Shown: positions 1 to 10,728, counted from the first letter of the stretch. The stretch: 60,475 nt of DNA from Gemmatimonadaceae bacterium (GCA_040901985.1 JBBDYC010000001.1:1-60475), one strand, 5' to 3'. A program made the numbers and translations. Notes: generated by a model from the letters alone, not told the origin.

Positions 1-524
1 AGGAGGTGTACCGGCTCCAGGGCGTGAAGATCAACGACAAGCACATCGGCGTGATTGTGCGCCAGATGCTCCAGAAGGTCCGGGTCGTCGAGTCGGGCGA
101 CACCGAGTTCCTCGAGGGGGAGAACGTTGACAAGGCGGTCTTCCGCGACGCGAACGAGAAGGCGAAGAAGAAGAAGCTACGGCCGGCCCAGTCGGAGCCG
201 CTGCTCCTCGGGATCACGAAGGCGTCGCTGACGACGCAGTCGTTCATCTCCGCCGCCTCGTTCCAGGAGACGACACGGGTGCTCACCGACGCGGCCATCC
301 GCGGCGCCAAGGACAACCTCCTCGGCCTCAAGGAGAACATCATCATCGGGCACCTGATCCCCGCCGGAACCGGGATGTACCGGTACTCGGACGTGGATAT
401 GGACATCGAGCCGCCGCCGGCGCCGGTGCAGGAGTTCGGGTTCGGCGAGTTGCCGCCCGCGTTCCTCGCCCCGCCGATGGAGGTGGACGCGCCGCTCCTC
501 GCGTTGCCGGTCGACGAGGACTGA
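1..524 (+). CDS. rpoC: RNA polymerase beta' subunit, C-terminal part (5'-partial)
   Basis: [48 protein letters not shown] and [16 protein letters not shown] are hallmark RpoC C-terminal motifs. Confidence 0.98.
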   Translation, partial: EVYRLQGVKINDKHIGVIVRQMLQKVRVVESGDTEFLEGENVDKAVFRDANEKAKKKKLRPAQSEPLLLGITKASLTTQSFISAASFQETTRVLTDAAIRGAKDNLLGLKENIIIGHLIPAGTGMYRYSDVDMDIEPPPAPVQEFGFGELPPAFLAPPMEVDAPLLALPVDED

Positions 525-537
525 CGCCGGACGCCGG

Positions 538-1125
538 ATGACCGCCGACGCCGTGCATCGCCCGCGCAAGATCGCCTTTGTCGGGACGCACGGCGTTGGC
601 AAGACGACGCTCTGCTTTGACCTCGCGTCGCAACTGAAGCGGCTCGATGTCGCCGTGGACATCGTGAAGGAGGTCGCGCGGCGCTGCCCGCTGCCGATCA
701 ACGAGGAGACCACGCTCGACGCCCAGGCGTGGATCCTCCACACGCAAATCGCCGAGGAGGTCGCCGCCGCAGCGACCTACGACACGGTGATCTGCGACCG
801 GTCGGTGCTCGACAACTATGCGTACCTCGTCGCGCGGGTCGGCCGGCGCCCCGAGCTCGACCCCCTCGTCGGCGCCTGGATCCGCACCTACGACGCGCTC
901 TTCAAGGTGCCGGTGACCGCGGCGCCGACGTTCGACGGCAAGCGCGCCGTCAGCGAGGCGTTCCAGCTCGAAATTGACGCGACGATTGACCGGCTGATCG
1001 CGGACTTTGCGGCCCCCGTCTCGCGGCTCGACCCAGCCGACCGCGACGGCTGGATCGTCGCCGTGCTCCGCGCCCTCGGCCTGCCGTCGCACCCGCCACA
1101 GATCGACCTCTTCACGGCCAAGTAG
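538..1125 (+). CDS. P-loop NTPase, AAA_28/NadR-Ttd14-like nucleotide kinase fold
   Basis: N-terminal Walker [10 protein letters not shown], '[12 protein letters not shown]' motif, 195 aa. Confidence 0.75.
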   Translation: MTADAVHRPRKIAFVGTHGVGKTTLCFDLASQLKRLDVAVDIVKEVARRCPLPINEETTLDAQAWILHTQIAEEVAAAATYDTVICDRSVLDNYAYLVARVGRRPELDPLVGAWIRTYDALFKVPVTAAPTFDGKRAVSEAFQLEIDATIDRLIADFAAPVSRLDPADRDGWIVAVLRALGLPSHPPQIDLFTAK

Positions 1126-1181
1126 GGCGCCGGTCCGCAGTGCCGCTGGCGCGCCCCCAAGGGGCCCCCCAGATTCCGCCG

Positions 1182-2492
1182 ATGCAGAATCCGATCACCA
1201 GGCGCGCCGTCGCAAGCTGGGTCCTCTACGACCTCGCCAACACCATCTTCTCGATGGGCGTCGTCTCGCTCTACTTCTCGCTCTGGGTGCGCGACGCCGT
1301 CGGCGCCGACCGTGCCGACTTCGTCTACGGTCTCGTGATCGCGGTCTCGATGGGGATCATCTTCGTCATCTCGCCCCTGCTTGGCGCGATGACCGACCGC
1401 GCGCCGCGCCGGATGCCCTTCCTGGTCGTCTCGACCCTCCTCTGCGTCGGCTTCACGCTGCTGATCGCGCGGAGCGGCTACTGGCCGACGATTTTGGCCT
1501 TCGTCCTCGCCAACGCGGCGTACCAGGCCGGCCTCCAATTCTATGACGCGCTCCTCCCCGAGGTCACCACCGAGGCGAACCGCGGGCGCATTTCGGGAAT
1601 CGGCGTCGGCGTCGGCTACCTCGGGTCGTACTTTGCCGTCGGAATCGGCATCCTGATGGGGAAGGAGGACAAGGCCGCGCTGTTCACGGCGATTGGCATC
1701 GCGTTCCTCGTGCTGGCGATCCCCTGCTTTCTGTTCGTTCGGGAGCGCGGCAACCCGAACGTGCGCCCGGTCTTCGGGTGGCGGATGATCCAGGAGTCCA
1801 CCGCGCAGACAATCCGCACGCTGAAGGGCGGGAAGGAGTATCCCGGGCTCCTCCGTTTCCTCGTCGGGCGGGTGTTCTATACGGACGCCATCAATACCGT
1901 GATCAGCATCATGGCGCTCTATACCGTGAACGTCGCGATGGCGTCGGGGCTCGACAAGGCCGCCGGCGAGGGGAAGGCCGAGCAGATCATGCTGAGCGCA
2001 ATTACCTTCGCGGTGATCGGCGGCTTCGTCTGGGGGCGGATGGTGGACCGGATCGGCCCCAAGCGGACGCTCGACCGCGTGCTGAGGCTCTGGGTCGCGA
2101 CCTTCTTCGGCGCCGCGGCGATTGGCCTCTTCACGCTGCCGGTCGAGGTCCTTTTCGTCGTCGCGTCAATGGCGGGAATCGGACTCGGCGGGATCTGGAG
2201 CGCCGACCGCCCGTATATGCTGCGGCTGACCCCGCCCGACCGGATCGGGGAGTTTTACGGCCTGTACGGTATGGTGGGACGCTTCAGTGCGATCACTGGG
2301 CCGGTGATCTGGGCCGCCGTCGCCTGGGTCTGCATCGGCCAGCTCGGGATGGCTCCGGCGAAGGGGCAGGGGATCGGCGTGATCGTGCTGCTCGGGCTGA
2401 TTCTCCTGGCCCGCTGGATCCTCCGGCCGGTGTCGGATGCGCCGCGGGACTGGGCGGCGCTGCGGGCCGCACGCGACGCGACATTGGCCTAG
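1182..2492 (+). CDS. MFS transporter (UMF1/ATG22-like)
   Basis: W.LYDLANT N-terminus, FYDALL.EV motif, GE.YGLYG..GR, ~12 hydrophobic segments; ATG at 1182 preferred. Confidence 0.85.
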   Translation: MQNPITRRAVASWVLYDLANTIFSMGVVSLYFSLWVRDAVGADRADFVYGLVIAVSMGIIFVISPLLGAMTDRAPRRMPFLVVSTLLCVGFTLLIARSGYWPTILAFVLANAAYQAGLQFYDALLPEVTTEANRGRISGIGVGVGYLGSYFAVGIGILMGKEDKAALFTAIGIAFLVLAIPCFLFVRERGNPNVRPVFGWRMIQESTAQTIRTLKGGKEYPGLLRFLVGRVFYTDAINTVISIMALYTVNVAMASGLDKAAGEGKAEQIMLSAITFAVIGGFVWGRMVDRIGPKRTLDRVLRLWVATFFGAAAIGLFTLPVEVLFVVASMAGIGLGGIWSADRPYMLRLTPPDRIGEFYGLYGMVGRFSAITGPVIWAAVAWVCIGQLGMAPAKGQGIGVIVLLGLILLARWILRPVSDAPRDWAALRAARDATLA

Positions 2493-2540
2493 GGATAGCG
2501 GGCGGTCGCAGGGGGTTGCGAGCGGATCGCCGTCGGGTCG

Positions 2541-3491
2541 CTAGGGATTCGCCGCGAGAAACGCGAGAATCCGTGCGTGCACACGCGCCGACTGCTCAAG
2601 GTGTGGCAGGTGGCCGGCGGAGTCCACCGGGAAGAACTCGGTGCGGGCAATCCGGGACGTGATGTCGGCGGCGCGCTCGATGGGCAGGACGCGATCCTCG
2701 GTTCCCCAGATCAATAGCACCGGGATGCCGGCGCGTGCGATTGCGTCGTAATAGGCCGGAAAGTCGGCGGCGGCAGTCGCGATGAGTGATCGGCGCAGCG
2801 AGCGGCCGAATCCCCGATAGCGCATCTGGGGGCGATAGCGCTCGGCCCAGTCTGGAAAATCGTCCGGGTGGAGGAAGTCGCTCGCCTGGTTGTCCGCCAT
2901 CGTCGGCACGGCGCTGACCTGGAAGAGATAGTGCCCCACGATCGGCACTCGGAGGATGGTCGGCACCGTACGCCCGCGGGTCGTCGGGTCCACCAGGGTC
3001 AGCGTGCGGACGCGAGCCGGGTGCGTGCTGACAAAATGCGCCGTGACGTAGCCGCCGAACGAGAGACCAAAGAGGTCCACCGGCCCGCGGACACGCAGGG
3101 AGTCGAGCAGTCCGGCCAACTGCGCGTCGTAGAAGGCCCCATCGTAGGTGGCGTCCGGGCGGTCGGACCATCCGCGTCCAAAGAGATCGTAGGCGATCAC
3201 CCGGTAGCCGGCGTCGCCCAGCGCCACGAGCGTCGAGTCCCAGATGTAGGACGGGACGGAAAAGCCGTGCACCAGCACGGCCACCCGCCCGCCGTCGGGT
3301 CCGGCGCTCCGATAGTGCGTGACGCCGGCGTCCAGCGCGACGAGGCGGCCGGGAACGTCGGTGCGAGCGGCGGCCTGCAGCGATTCACGCTCTGGATTCT
3401 TGATCAGGTACAGCGCCGCGGCTGCCGCGCCGAGGCCGACCGGGAGCGCGACAAGTGCCACGAGCCAGCGGCGTGCCGGGGGCTTGATCAT
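2541..3491 (-). CDS. Alpha/beta hydrolase with N-terminal membrane anchor
   Basis: LVHGFS oxyanion motif, YDLFGRGWS, GLSFGG nucleophile elbow, WGTED acid, AGHLPHLE catalytic His. Confidence 0.85.
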   Translation of the reverse strand: MIKPPARRWLVALVALPVGLGAAAAALYLIKNPERESLQAAARTDVPGRLVALDAGVTHYRSAGPDGGRVAVLVHGFSVPSYIWDSTLVALGDAGYRVIAYDLFGRGWSDRPDATYDGAFYDAQLAGLLDSLRVRGPVDLFGLSFGGYVTAHFVSTHPARVRTLTLVDPTTRGRTVPTILRVPIVGHYLFQVSAVPTMADNQASDFLHPDDFPDWAERYRPQMRYRGFGRSLRRSLIATAAADFPAYYDAIARAGIPVLLIWGTEDRVLPIERAADITSRIARTEFFPVDSAGHLPHLEQSARVHARILAFLAANP

Positions 3492-3564
3492 CCGCGAACG
3501 ATAGCGCCGCCGATCGGTTCCCAGCAAACTGGCAGACCTCGCGTCCGGACTGCATACTTTGCCG

Positions 3565-4365
3565 ATGCACCGATCGCTCCCCGTGATGGAACAGCGCGGC
3601 TTCGGCGTGACCCTCCGCCGCGACGCCTGGTGGTTGCCGAACATCTTCGTCGTCGCGATCCTCAGCAGCTTCATCGCCTACGCCACCTGGGCCGCGTTCC
3701 AGGGCGTTGACTACACCTTCGGGCCGTACCTCTCGCCGTTCTACGCGCCGGAGATCTGGGGCGACTCGCCACACGCGATCTTCGGGCCGAAGCCCGGCTG
3801 GTGGCCCGGGTGGCTCCCGTTCTCGCCGGCGCTGATCATCCTGCCGGTGCCGGCGATCTTCCGGTTCACCTGCTACTACTACCGCGGTGCCTACTACAAG
3901 GCGTTCTGGGCCGATCCGCCGGCCTGCGCGGTGGGCGAGCCGCGCAAGAGCTATCGGGGCGAGAACAGCTTCCCGTTGATCCTCCAGAACTTCCATCGCT
4001 ACCTGCTCGTCGCGTCGTTCATCTTCCTGATCTTCCTCTGGGTGGACGCGCTCAAGGGGTTCTGGTTCGCCGACGGCAACGGCGGCGCCGGTTTCGGCGT
4101 CGGCCTCGGGTCGGTGATCATGACTGTCAATGTCGTCCTCCTCTCCGGCTACACGCTCGGCTGTCACTCGATGCGTCACGTCGTCGGCGGGATGCTCGAT
4201 CGGCTCTCGAGAGCGCCGATTCGCAAGGCCGCCTACGACGTCTCGAGCGCGTGCAATCGCGGCCATATGACGTGGGCCTGGTGCTCGCTCTTCTCCGTGG
4301 CGCTGACCGATCTCTACATCCGCCTCTGCGCGACCGGCGTGATCACCGACCTGAGGCTCCTGTAG
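3565..4365 (+). CDS. Succinate dehydrogenase membrane anchor, mycobacterial Sdh1-type
   Basis: YLSPFY.P, RFTCYYYR.AYY.AFW.DPPACAV.E, GCHS.RH motifs; first gene of sdhA/sdhB operon. Confidence 0.8.
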   Translation: MHRSLPVMEQRGFGVTLRRDAWWLPNIFVVAILSSFIAYATWAAFQGVDYTFGPYLSPFYAPEIWGDSPHAIFGPKPGWWPGWLPFSPALIILPVPAIFRFTCYYYRGAYYKAFWADPPACAVGEPRKSYRGENSFPLILQNFHRYLLVASFIFLIFLWVDALKGFWFADGNGGAGFGVGLGSVIMTVNVVLLSGYTLGCHSMRHVVGGMLDRLSRAPIRKAAYDVSSACNRGHMTWAWCSLFSVALTDLYIRLCATGVITDLRLL

Positions 4366-6183
4366 ATGGCCGAATACGAACAGGTCGACCACGACGTCCT
4401 GGTGATCGGGGCGGGGGGCGCCGGATTGCGCGCCGCGATTGCCGCGGCGGCGGCGGGCGCACGGGTCGGGCTGGTCTGCAAGTCGCTCCTCGGCAAGGCC
4501 CACACCGTGATGGCCGAGGGCGGCGTGGCGGCGGCGATGGGCCACGTGGACGACCGTGACGACTGGCGCGTGCACTTCGCCGACACGATGCGCGGCGGCC
4601 AATACCTGAACAACTGGCGGATGGCCGAGCTGCACGCCAAGGAAGCCCCGGACCGCGTGCGGGAGCTCGAGGCGTGGGGCGCGCTCTTCGACCGCACGAA
4701 GGACGGACGCATCCTCCAGCGCAACTTCGGCGGGCACCGCTATCCGCGGCTCGCCCACGTCGGCGACCGGACCGGCCTCGAGATGATCCGCACCCTCCAG
4801 GATCACGCGATTCACCAGGGGATTGACGTCCATATGGAGGTCACCGTCGTCGAGCTGCTGAAGGACGGCGACCGCGTGTCGGGTGCCCTTGCCTACGACC
4901 GCGAACGGGGGCGCTTCAGGCTGTTCTCGGCCGGCGCAGTCGTGCTCGCCACCGGCGGCATCGGCCGCGCGTTCAGCGTGACGAGCAACAGCTGGGAGTA
5001 CACCGGCGACGGGCATTCGCTCGCCTACCGGGCGGGCGCCGAGCTGATGGATATGGAGTTCGTCCAGTTCCATCCCACCGGGATGGTGTGGCCACCGAGC
5101 GTGAGGGGGATCCTCGTCACCGAGGGCGTGCGCGGCGAGGGCGGTGTGCTCCGCAACTCCCTCGGCAAGCGCTTCATGTTCGACGACATCCCGGACAACT
5201 ACCGCCCGCAGACCGCCGACACGGAGGAAGAGGGGTGGCGCTATGTCCAGGGCGACAAGGCGGCGCGGCGCCCGCCCGAGTTGCTGACGCGCGACCACGT
5301 GGCGCGCTGCATCCAACGCGAGGTGCGTGAGGGGCGCGGCAGTCCGCACGGCGGTGTCTTCCTCGACATCGCCTGGATCAAGGCGCGGATCCCAAACGCC
5401 GCCGAGCACATCCGCAAGAAGTTGCCGTCCATGTACCACCAGTTCATGCAGCTGGCCAACATTGACATCACCGCCGTCCCGATGGAGGTCGGCCCGACGA
5501 CGCATTACATCATGGGCGGCATCCGCGTGGACGGGGATACGCAGATGTCGGCGGTGCCGGGCCTCTTCGCGGCCGGCGAGTGTGCCGCCGGCCTGCACGG
5601 CGCCAATCGACTCGGCGGGAACTCCCTCTCCGACCTGATCGTCTTCGGCAAGCGCGCCGGCGACCACGCGGCGGAGTTCGCCGCCAAGCGGCCGGGCGCG
5701 AAGGTGGCGGAGGGCGACGTGAACGCGGCGATCCGCCACGCCCTCGCGCCCTTCGAACGCGAGGGAAACCCGGAGGGCGCCTATGCCATCCAGCACGAGC
5801 TGCAGCAGATGATGCAGGAGCTCGTCGGCATCGTGCGCGTGGAGCCCGAGATGCGGCGCGCCATCCACGGGATCGAGGCGCTCCGGGAGCGCGCCCGTGA
5901 GGTCGGCGTGTTCGGCAATCGGGAGTACAACCCCGGCTGGCATACCGCGCTCGACCTCGACCACCTGCTGACCGTCGCCGAGGCGGTGACCTTGGCCGCG
6001 CTCGAACGCAAGGAGAGCCGCGGCGGCCACTTCCGCGACGACCATCAGGGAAAGGACGCCGCCTACGGCGCCTTCAACATCGTGGTGAGGAAGGGGAGCG
6101 ACGGACGGATGGCGCTGGAGCGCCGTCCGATTCCGCCGCTCCCGGCCCCGCTGCAGGCGATCATCGAGGAACAGAAAACGTGA
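4366..6183 (+). CDS. sdhA: Succinate dehydrogenase/fumarate reductase flavoprotein subunit
   Basis: GAGGAG FAD motif, KAHTVMAEGG (covalent FAD His), QFHPTG, HYIMGGI, LHGANRLGGNSL, ESRGGHFR. Confidence 0.95.
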   Translation: MAEYEQVDHDVLVIGAGGAGLRAAIAAAAAGARVGLVCKSLLGKAHTVMAEGGVAAAMGHVDDRDDWRVHFADTMRGGQYLNNWRMAELHAKEAPDRVRELEAWGALFDRTKDGRILQRNFGGHRYPRLAHVGDRTGLEMIRTLQDHAIHQGIDVHMEVTVVELLKDGDRVSGALAYDRERGRFRLFSAGAVVLATGGIGRAFSVTSNSWEYTGDGHSLAYRAGAELMDMEFVQFHPTGMVWPPSVRGILVTEGVRGEGGVLRNSLGKRFMFDDIPDNYRPQTADTEEEGWRYVQGDKAARRPPELLTRDHVARCIQREVREGRGSPHGGVFLDIAWIKARIPNAAEHIRKKLPSMYHQFMQLANIDITAVPMEVGPTTHYIMGGIRVDGDTQMSAVPGLFAAGECAAGLHGANRLGGNSLSDLIVFGKRAGDHAAEFAAKRPGAKVAEGDVNAAIRHALAPFEREGNPEGAYAIQHELQQMMQELVGIVRVEPEMRRAIHGIEALRERAREVGVFGNREYNPGWHTALDLDHLLTVAEAVTLAALERKESRGGHFRDDHQGKDAAYGAFNIVVRKGSDGRMALERRPIPPLPAPLQAIIEEQKT

Positions 6184-6926
6184 CAGCCACCACCTTCCGC
6201 ATCTGGCGCGGCGAGCGCGGCACCGGCGCCTTTGCCGACTACACCACCGAGATCAGCGAGGGGATGGTGGTGCTCGACGCAATGCATCAGATCCAGGCCG
6301 AGGACGCCAACGACCTCGCGCTGCGCTGGAACTGCAAGGCGGGGAAGTGCGGCTCGTGCTCGGCCGAGATCAACGGCAAGCCGAAGCTGCTGTGCATGAC
6401 GCGGATGGACGAGCTCCCGGCCGACCAACCGGTCACCGTCGAGCCGATGCGGGCGTTTCCGCACGTGCGCGACCTCGTGACCGACGTGTCGTGGAACTTC
6501 GAGGTGAAGAAGCGCATTCAGAAGTTCACGCCGCGGGCGCCCGACGCCCCCGACGGCACGTGGCGGATGGCGCAGGAGGACGTGGACCGCGTGCAGGAGT
6601 TCCGGGAGTGCATCGAGTGCTTCCTCTGCCAGGATGTCTGCCACGTCCTGCGCGATCACCACAAGCACGAGGGCTTCAGCGGGCCACGGCACTTCGTCTA
6701 CACGGCGGCGTTGGAGATGCATCCGCTCGACACCGCCGACCGCCTCGCCGACCTCAAGGACGAGCAGGCCATCGGCTACTGCAACATCACCAAGTGTTGC
6801 ACCACGGTCTGCCCGGAGCACATTACCATCACCGATAACGCGATCATTCCGCTCAAGGAGCGCGTGGTGGACGAGTTCTATGACCCGGTGATCAAGCTGG
6901 TGAAGCTCTTCCGGAGGCAGGGATGA
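6180..6926 (+). CDS. sdhB: Succinate dehydrogenase/fumarate reductase iron-sulfur subunit
   Basis: CKAGKCGSC...C, CIECFLCQDVC and CNITKCCTTVCP Fe-S motifs. Confidence 0.95.
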   Translation: MTATTFRIWRGERGTGAFADYTTEISEGMVVLDAMHQIQAEDANDLALRWNCKAGKCGSCSAEINGKPKLLCMTRMDELPADQPVTVEPMRAFPHVRDLVTDVSWNFEVKKRIQKFTPRAPDAPDGTWRMAQEDVDRVQEFRECIECFLCQDVCHVLRDHHKHEGFSGPRHFVYTAALEMHPLDTADRLADLKDEQAIGYCNITKCCTTVCPEHITITDNAIIPLKERVVDEFYDPVIKLVKLFRRQG

Positions 6927-7435
6927 CCGCCGAGCGCCGCGAGATCCGACCGATCACGCGCGAGGGCGTGGCGGCGGCGCTGCAGAAGGCGCACCGCTAC
7001 CGCGTGCTCAACGACTCGGTCGCCGCCGAGAGCATCTGTCTCGATGTCCTCGCCCTCGAACCGGCGAACGTGGACGCGCTCGTCACCCACGTCCTGGCAA
7101 TCACCGACCAGTTTCCCGCTGGCGTCGCCGAGGACCTGCGTCGCGCCGAGGCGGCGGTGGCACGCCTGGGCGACCACTATCGGCACGCCTACTACCACGG
7201 CGTGATCTGCGAACGATGGGCCAAGTCCATCCTCCAGCGCGCCGCGCCGCGCTCGCACGAAATGGCCTACGAGTGGATGGACAAGGCGCTCGACTGGTAC
7301 GCCAAGGCCGATCGGCTGAAGACGCCGGGGAACGACGAGGCAATCCTCCGCTGGAACACCTGCGTGCGGATCCTCCAGCGCGACCCGCGGATCAAGCCCC
7401 GCGAGGCCGAGGCGTGGGAGCCAAGCCTGGAGTGA
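6923..7435 (+). CDS. Hypothetical helical protein coupled to sdh operon
   Basis: ATGA overlap with sdhB stop; 170 aa with TPR-like helical pattern. Confidence 0.7.
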   Translation: MTAERREIRPITREGVAAALQKAHRYRVLNDSVAAESICLDVLALEPANVDALVTHVLAITDQFPAGVAEDLRRAEAAVARLGDHYRHAYYHGVICERWAKSILQRAAPRSHEMAYEWMDKALDWYAKADRLKTPGNDEAILRWNTCVRILQRDPRIKPREAEAWEPSLE

Positions 7436-7441
7436 GGGCGA

Positions 7442-9886
7442 TCAGCCGGCCCGCCGGAGCGCCTCGCTCGGATCGATCCTGCTCGCCCGCGCGGCAGGCA
7501 GCCAGCAGGCGCCGACGCCGATCGCTCCCATCGTGATTGCCACGGCCACCAAGGTCGCCGGGTCGTTCGGCTCGATGCCGAAGAGGAGCCCCTGGAGCAC
7601 GCGGGAGAGCATCAGCGATCCGCTCACGCCGAGGACGAGTCCGAGCACGACGAGGAGCCCGCCCTCGCGCAAGACCATCCGCTGCACCTGGCCCGGCGCG
7701 GCGCCGAGACTCATCCGGATCCCGATCTCGTTGGTGCGCGCGCTCACCGAGAAGGCGAGCACCGCCGCAATCCCGATTGCCGCGATCACCAGCGCGAGCA
7801 GGCTGAACGAACCGACGAGGAGTGCGTTGAGCCGCCGCGGGCCGATGCTCTCGTCGCGGATGTCATTGACCGTCATCACGTTCTCAATCGGCTGCGTCGG
7901 GGCGATCGACCGCACGATGGCGCGCGCCGCGGTCGCGATCCCGAGTGGGGCGACGTCGGCGCGGATCACCAGGCCGCCGGTCGGGAAGCTGCCCTGCGCA
8001 AACGGCGTGAAGGTCACCGGCAGGGGATCGGCGTCGAGCCCGCCGTCCTTGGTGTTCCCCACCACACCGACGACCGTGCGCCATTCGTCGGAGATCCCGA
8101 TGAACCGCAGCACGTCACCGGTCCAGGCGATCCGACGGCCGACCGCCTCCATCCCGGGGAAGAGCCGGTCGGCGAGGGTCTTGTTGATGATCACGACGCT
8201 GGGCGACCCCGCGCGGTCGGTCGTCGCGAAGTCGCGGCCGGCGAGGAGCGGGATTCCCGACGCCCGGAAGTAGCCGGGGTCCGCGGTGCGATACTCGGAG
8301 GTCGGGATCGGCTGACCTGGCGGAACGGGCTGACCCTCCGCCTTGATCTCGAGCTGGAACTGCGACGTGCGGAGCGGCATCGTCGAGCCGACACCGACGA
8401 TCTGCACCCCCGGGAGCGTACTGAGTTCAGTCTGCATCCGCTCGTACTGCGAGACGGCGGACCGGAGTTCGGCGAGCTGCGTGAAGTCCACCGGGACTTC
8501 CATCGTCAGCACGTTCTCCGGGTCGAGTCCTGGGTCCACCTGGGCGAGCCGCTGCATTGAGCGGACGAGGAGGCCGGCGCCGGTGAGGAGCACCAGCGAG
8601 ACGGCGATCTGCGTGACGACCAGCGCCTGTTGCAGCCGACGGCGGCGGAGGCCACCGGTGGTGCGCGTGGTGCCGGCCGAGAGGCCGGAGCCGAGCGCGG
8701 CCTCGTCGCCGATGCTCGGCACGAACGAAAGCGCGAGCGCCACCAGGAGGGCGAGCACGAAGGTGAAGCCGAGCACCGCGCCGTCCACGGCAATCTCATT
8801 GGCGCGCGGCGAGAAGCGTGCCGCAAAGGTCGCGAGCATCCCGACGCCGAGATAGGCGACGACCAGGCCGAGCGCCCCGCCCATCAGCGCGAGGATGGTG
8901 TTCTCCACGAAGAGGAGCCGCCGCAGCCGCCTCGCGCCGGCGCCGAGTGCGGCCCGTACGACCATCTCGTGCTCGCGGCGGATTCCCCGCATCAGCGTGA
9001 GGTTGGCGACGTTGGCGCAGGCAATGATGAGGACGAACGCTGCCGCCCCCATCAGCAGGAGGAGCGTGAGGCGGGCGTCCTGGCCGAGGACCTCGTGCAG
9101 CGGCGTGACGCTCACGTTGTAGCCGCTCGCCGCGTCGTACATCTCCGGATGGTCGGCGTGGACGCGCGCCGTGATCGCCGCCACCTCGGCGCGCGCCTGC
9201 TCCACCGTCGCTTCGGGCGCCAGGCGGGCGATCATCTCGGTCATCCGGTGCGTCCGGCCGTTCTCCATCAGCGCGCTCACGTGGTGCTCGCTGATGGACA
9301 TGTTCATCAGGGCGTCTATCCGGCCGGGGAAGAAGGGCGCCGGCTGCAGCACCCCAATCACCTCGACCGGACGCCCGCCGATCCGGAGCGAGCGTCCGAC
9401 GATGCCGCTGTCCCCGACGAAGTGACTCTGCCAGTAGGCGTGCCCGAGCATCACGACCGGCGCCGCCCCGGCACCGTCGTCGGCGTCGTTGAACGGGCGC
9501 CCGAGGATCGGCCGCAGCCCCATCACCGACAGGTAATTGCCCGTGACGAGCCCCACATCAATCTGCGTGGCGTCCTGGTCCTCGACGAGATTCAGGGTGA
9601 GCGGCGAGTACTCGGCGATCTGGGCCAGCGTCCGCGACGACTCACGGAAATCGTTGATCTCGGGGACGGAGAAGGCGATGTTCGACCCGCGCTGTGCGGC
9701 CACCGATTGCCGCAGGTACATCAGCCGGTCGCCGTCCTGGTGCGGCAGGGGGCGCAGCAGGACGCCCCGCACCACGCTGAAGATTGCCGTATTGGCGCCG
9801 ATGCCGAGGCCGAGCGTCAGGACGACGGCGATGGTGAAGGCGCGCGCGCGAGAGAGACTGCGCAGGATGAATCGGAGCGTCAGCAT
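7442..9886 (-). CDS. ABC-type permease, ADOP/MacB-like duplicated permease
   Basis: LTLGLGIGANTAIFSVV, LIIACANVANL, EIGIRMSLGA, WLPAARASRIDP; two MacB_PCD+FtsX modules. Confidence 0.9.
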   Translation of the reverse strand: MLTLRFILRSLSRARAFTIAVVLTLGLGIGANTAIFSVVRGVLLRPLPHQDGDRLMYLRQSVAAQRGSNIAFSVPEINDFRESSRTLAQIAEYSPLTLNLVEDQDATQIDVGLVTGNYLSVMGLRPILGRPFNDADDGAGAAPVVMLGHAYWQSHFVGDSGIVGRSLRIGGRPVEVIGVLQPAPFFPGRIDALMNMSISEHHVSALMENGRTHRMTEMIARLAPEATVEQARAEVAAITARVHADHPEMYDAASGYNVSVTPLHEVLGQDARLTLLLLMGAAAFVLIIACANVANLTLMRGIRREHEMVVRAALGAGARRLRRLLFVENTILALMGGALGLVVAYLGVGMLATFAARFSPRANEIAVDGAVLGFTFVLALLVALALSFVPSIGDEAALGSGLSAGTTRTTGGLRRRRLQQALVVTQIAVSLVLLTGAGLLVRSMQRLAQVDPGLDPENVLTMEVPVDFTQLAELRSAVSQYERMQTELSTLPGVQIVGVGSTMPLRTSQFQLEIKAEGQPVPPGQPIPTSEYRTADPGYFRASGIPLLAGRDFATTDRAGSPSVVIINKTLADRLFPGMEAVGRRIAWTGDVLRFIGISDEWRTVVGVVGNTKDGGLDADPLPVTFTPFAQGSFPTGGLVIRADVAPLGIATAARAIVRSIAPTQPIENVMTVNDIRDESIGPRRLNALLVGSFSLLALVIAAIGIAAVLAFSVSARTNEIGIRMSLGAAPGQVQRMVLREGGLLVVLGLVLGVSGSLMLSRVLQGLLFGIEPNDPATLVAVAITMGAIGVGACWLPAARASRIDPSEALRRAG

Positions 9887-10074
9887 CGGTCAGGGCGGAA
9901 AAGGGCGAATCGAAGGTACTGAATCGACTTCATTATCTACCTACGCGAGGCTCTGCGCCAGTTGTTCCAACCGGCCGTAGCTGACCTCCACTCCATCGGC
10001 CATCCCGGTCTGGATGGCCGCGTCGCGCGCCTCTTTCGAGGGTGTCAAGCACCAGTCGTCCGCTGCCGGACGCG

Positions 10075-10614
10075 CTACGGCGAAGCGACCTCGTACCCCT
10101 GCGCGGCGAGGATCGCGTGCGCCATCGTCGCCGTGGTGGCGACCTTCACGAATGGCAGCAGCTGGTCGCGCGGCACGTTGCGATTGACCAGCGCCGCGCC
10201 GCAGACGATGATCTCGACGCCCGCCGCGTGGAGCGCCTCCAACAGCGCAATGCTCGTGTTGTCGGCCCCGGTCGCCGCCCGGTAGGCGTCGTTGCGGAGC
10301 AAGGACCGCGTGGCGAGTCCGTGCACGATGATGGCCAGGTGGACGTTACGGCGCGGCACGCCGTTCTCGTCCATCATCACCAGCATGTTGGCCGGACGCC
10401 GGAATCCGTCCACCAGGCCGGCCGGTGTCTCCGGGGCGTCGGTGACGTGCCAGGCGAACCGATAGACGAGGTCGTGTGGCGCCGGGAACGACGGCTCGGC
10501 GATCGGCCGTCCGGCGCCCAGTTGGCGGATGAGCGCCTCGCCGGCCTGCGCCGCGGCCAGGCCGGGGACGACGAGCGCAACAGCGAGGATAAGGAGACGG
10601 GGCGTGCGGGACAT
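10075..10614 (-). CDS. Secreted DsrE-family protein
   Basis: Signal peptide (AAAQ), IIVHG.A, GVEIIVCG motif, QGY C-terminus. Confidence 0.75.
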   Translation of the reverse strand: MSRTPRLLILAVALVVPGLAAAQAGEALIRQLGAGRPIAEPSFPAPHDLVYRFAWHVTDAPETPAGLVDGFRRPANMLVMMDENGVPRRNVHLAIIVHGLATRSLLRNDAYRAATGADNTSIALLEALHAAGVEIIVCGAALVNRNVPRDQLLPFVKVATTATMAHAILAAQGYEVASP

Positions 10615-10728
10615 CGGAACTCCGGGTCGGGGGCCAGGCGCAATCTACTGTCTTTCTCGGCTTGTGACGGACCCCTTCCGGGGCTAATCTCTGGGCGTCT
10701 CTCATCCTCCCCTCAGGAGCCCCCACCG

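Noticed and set aside
3385..6045. Long antisense or alternate-frame ORFs (e.g. 3385-6045, 19592-21862, 36762-39608, 39707-41929, 48589-51240, 58078-59697, 58160-59527)
   Set aside because: Shadow ORFs typical of high-GC DNA; they overlap well-supported genes and lack motifs.
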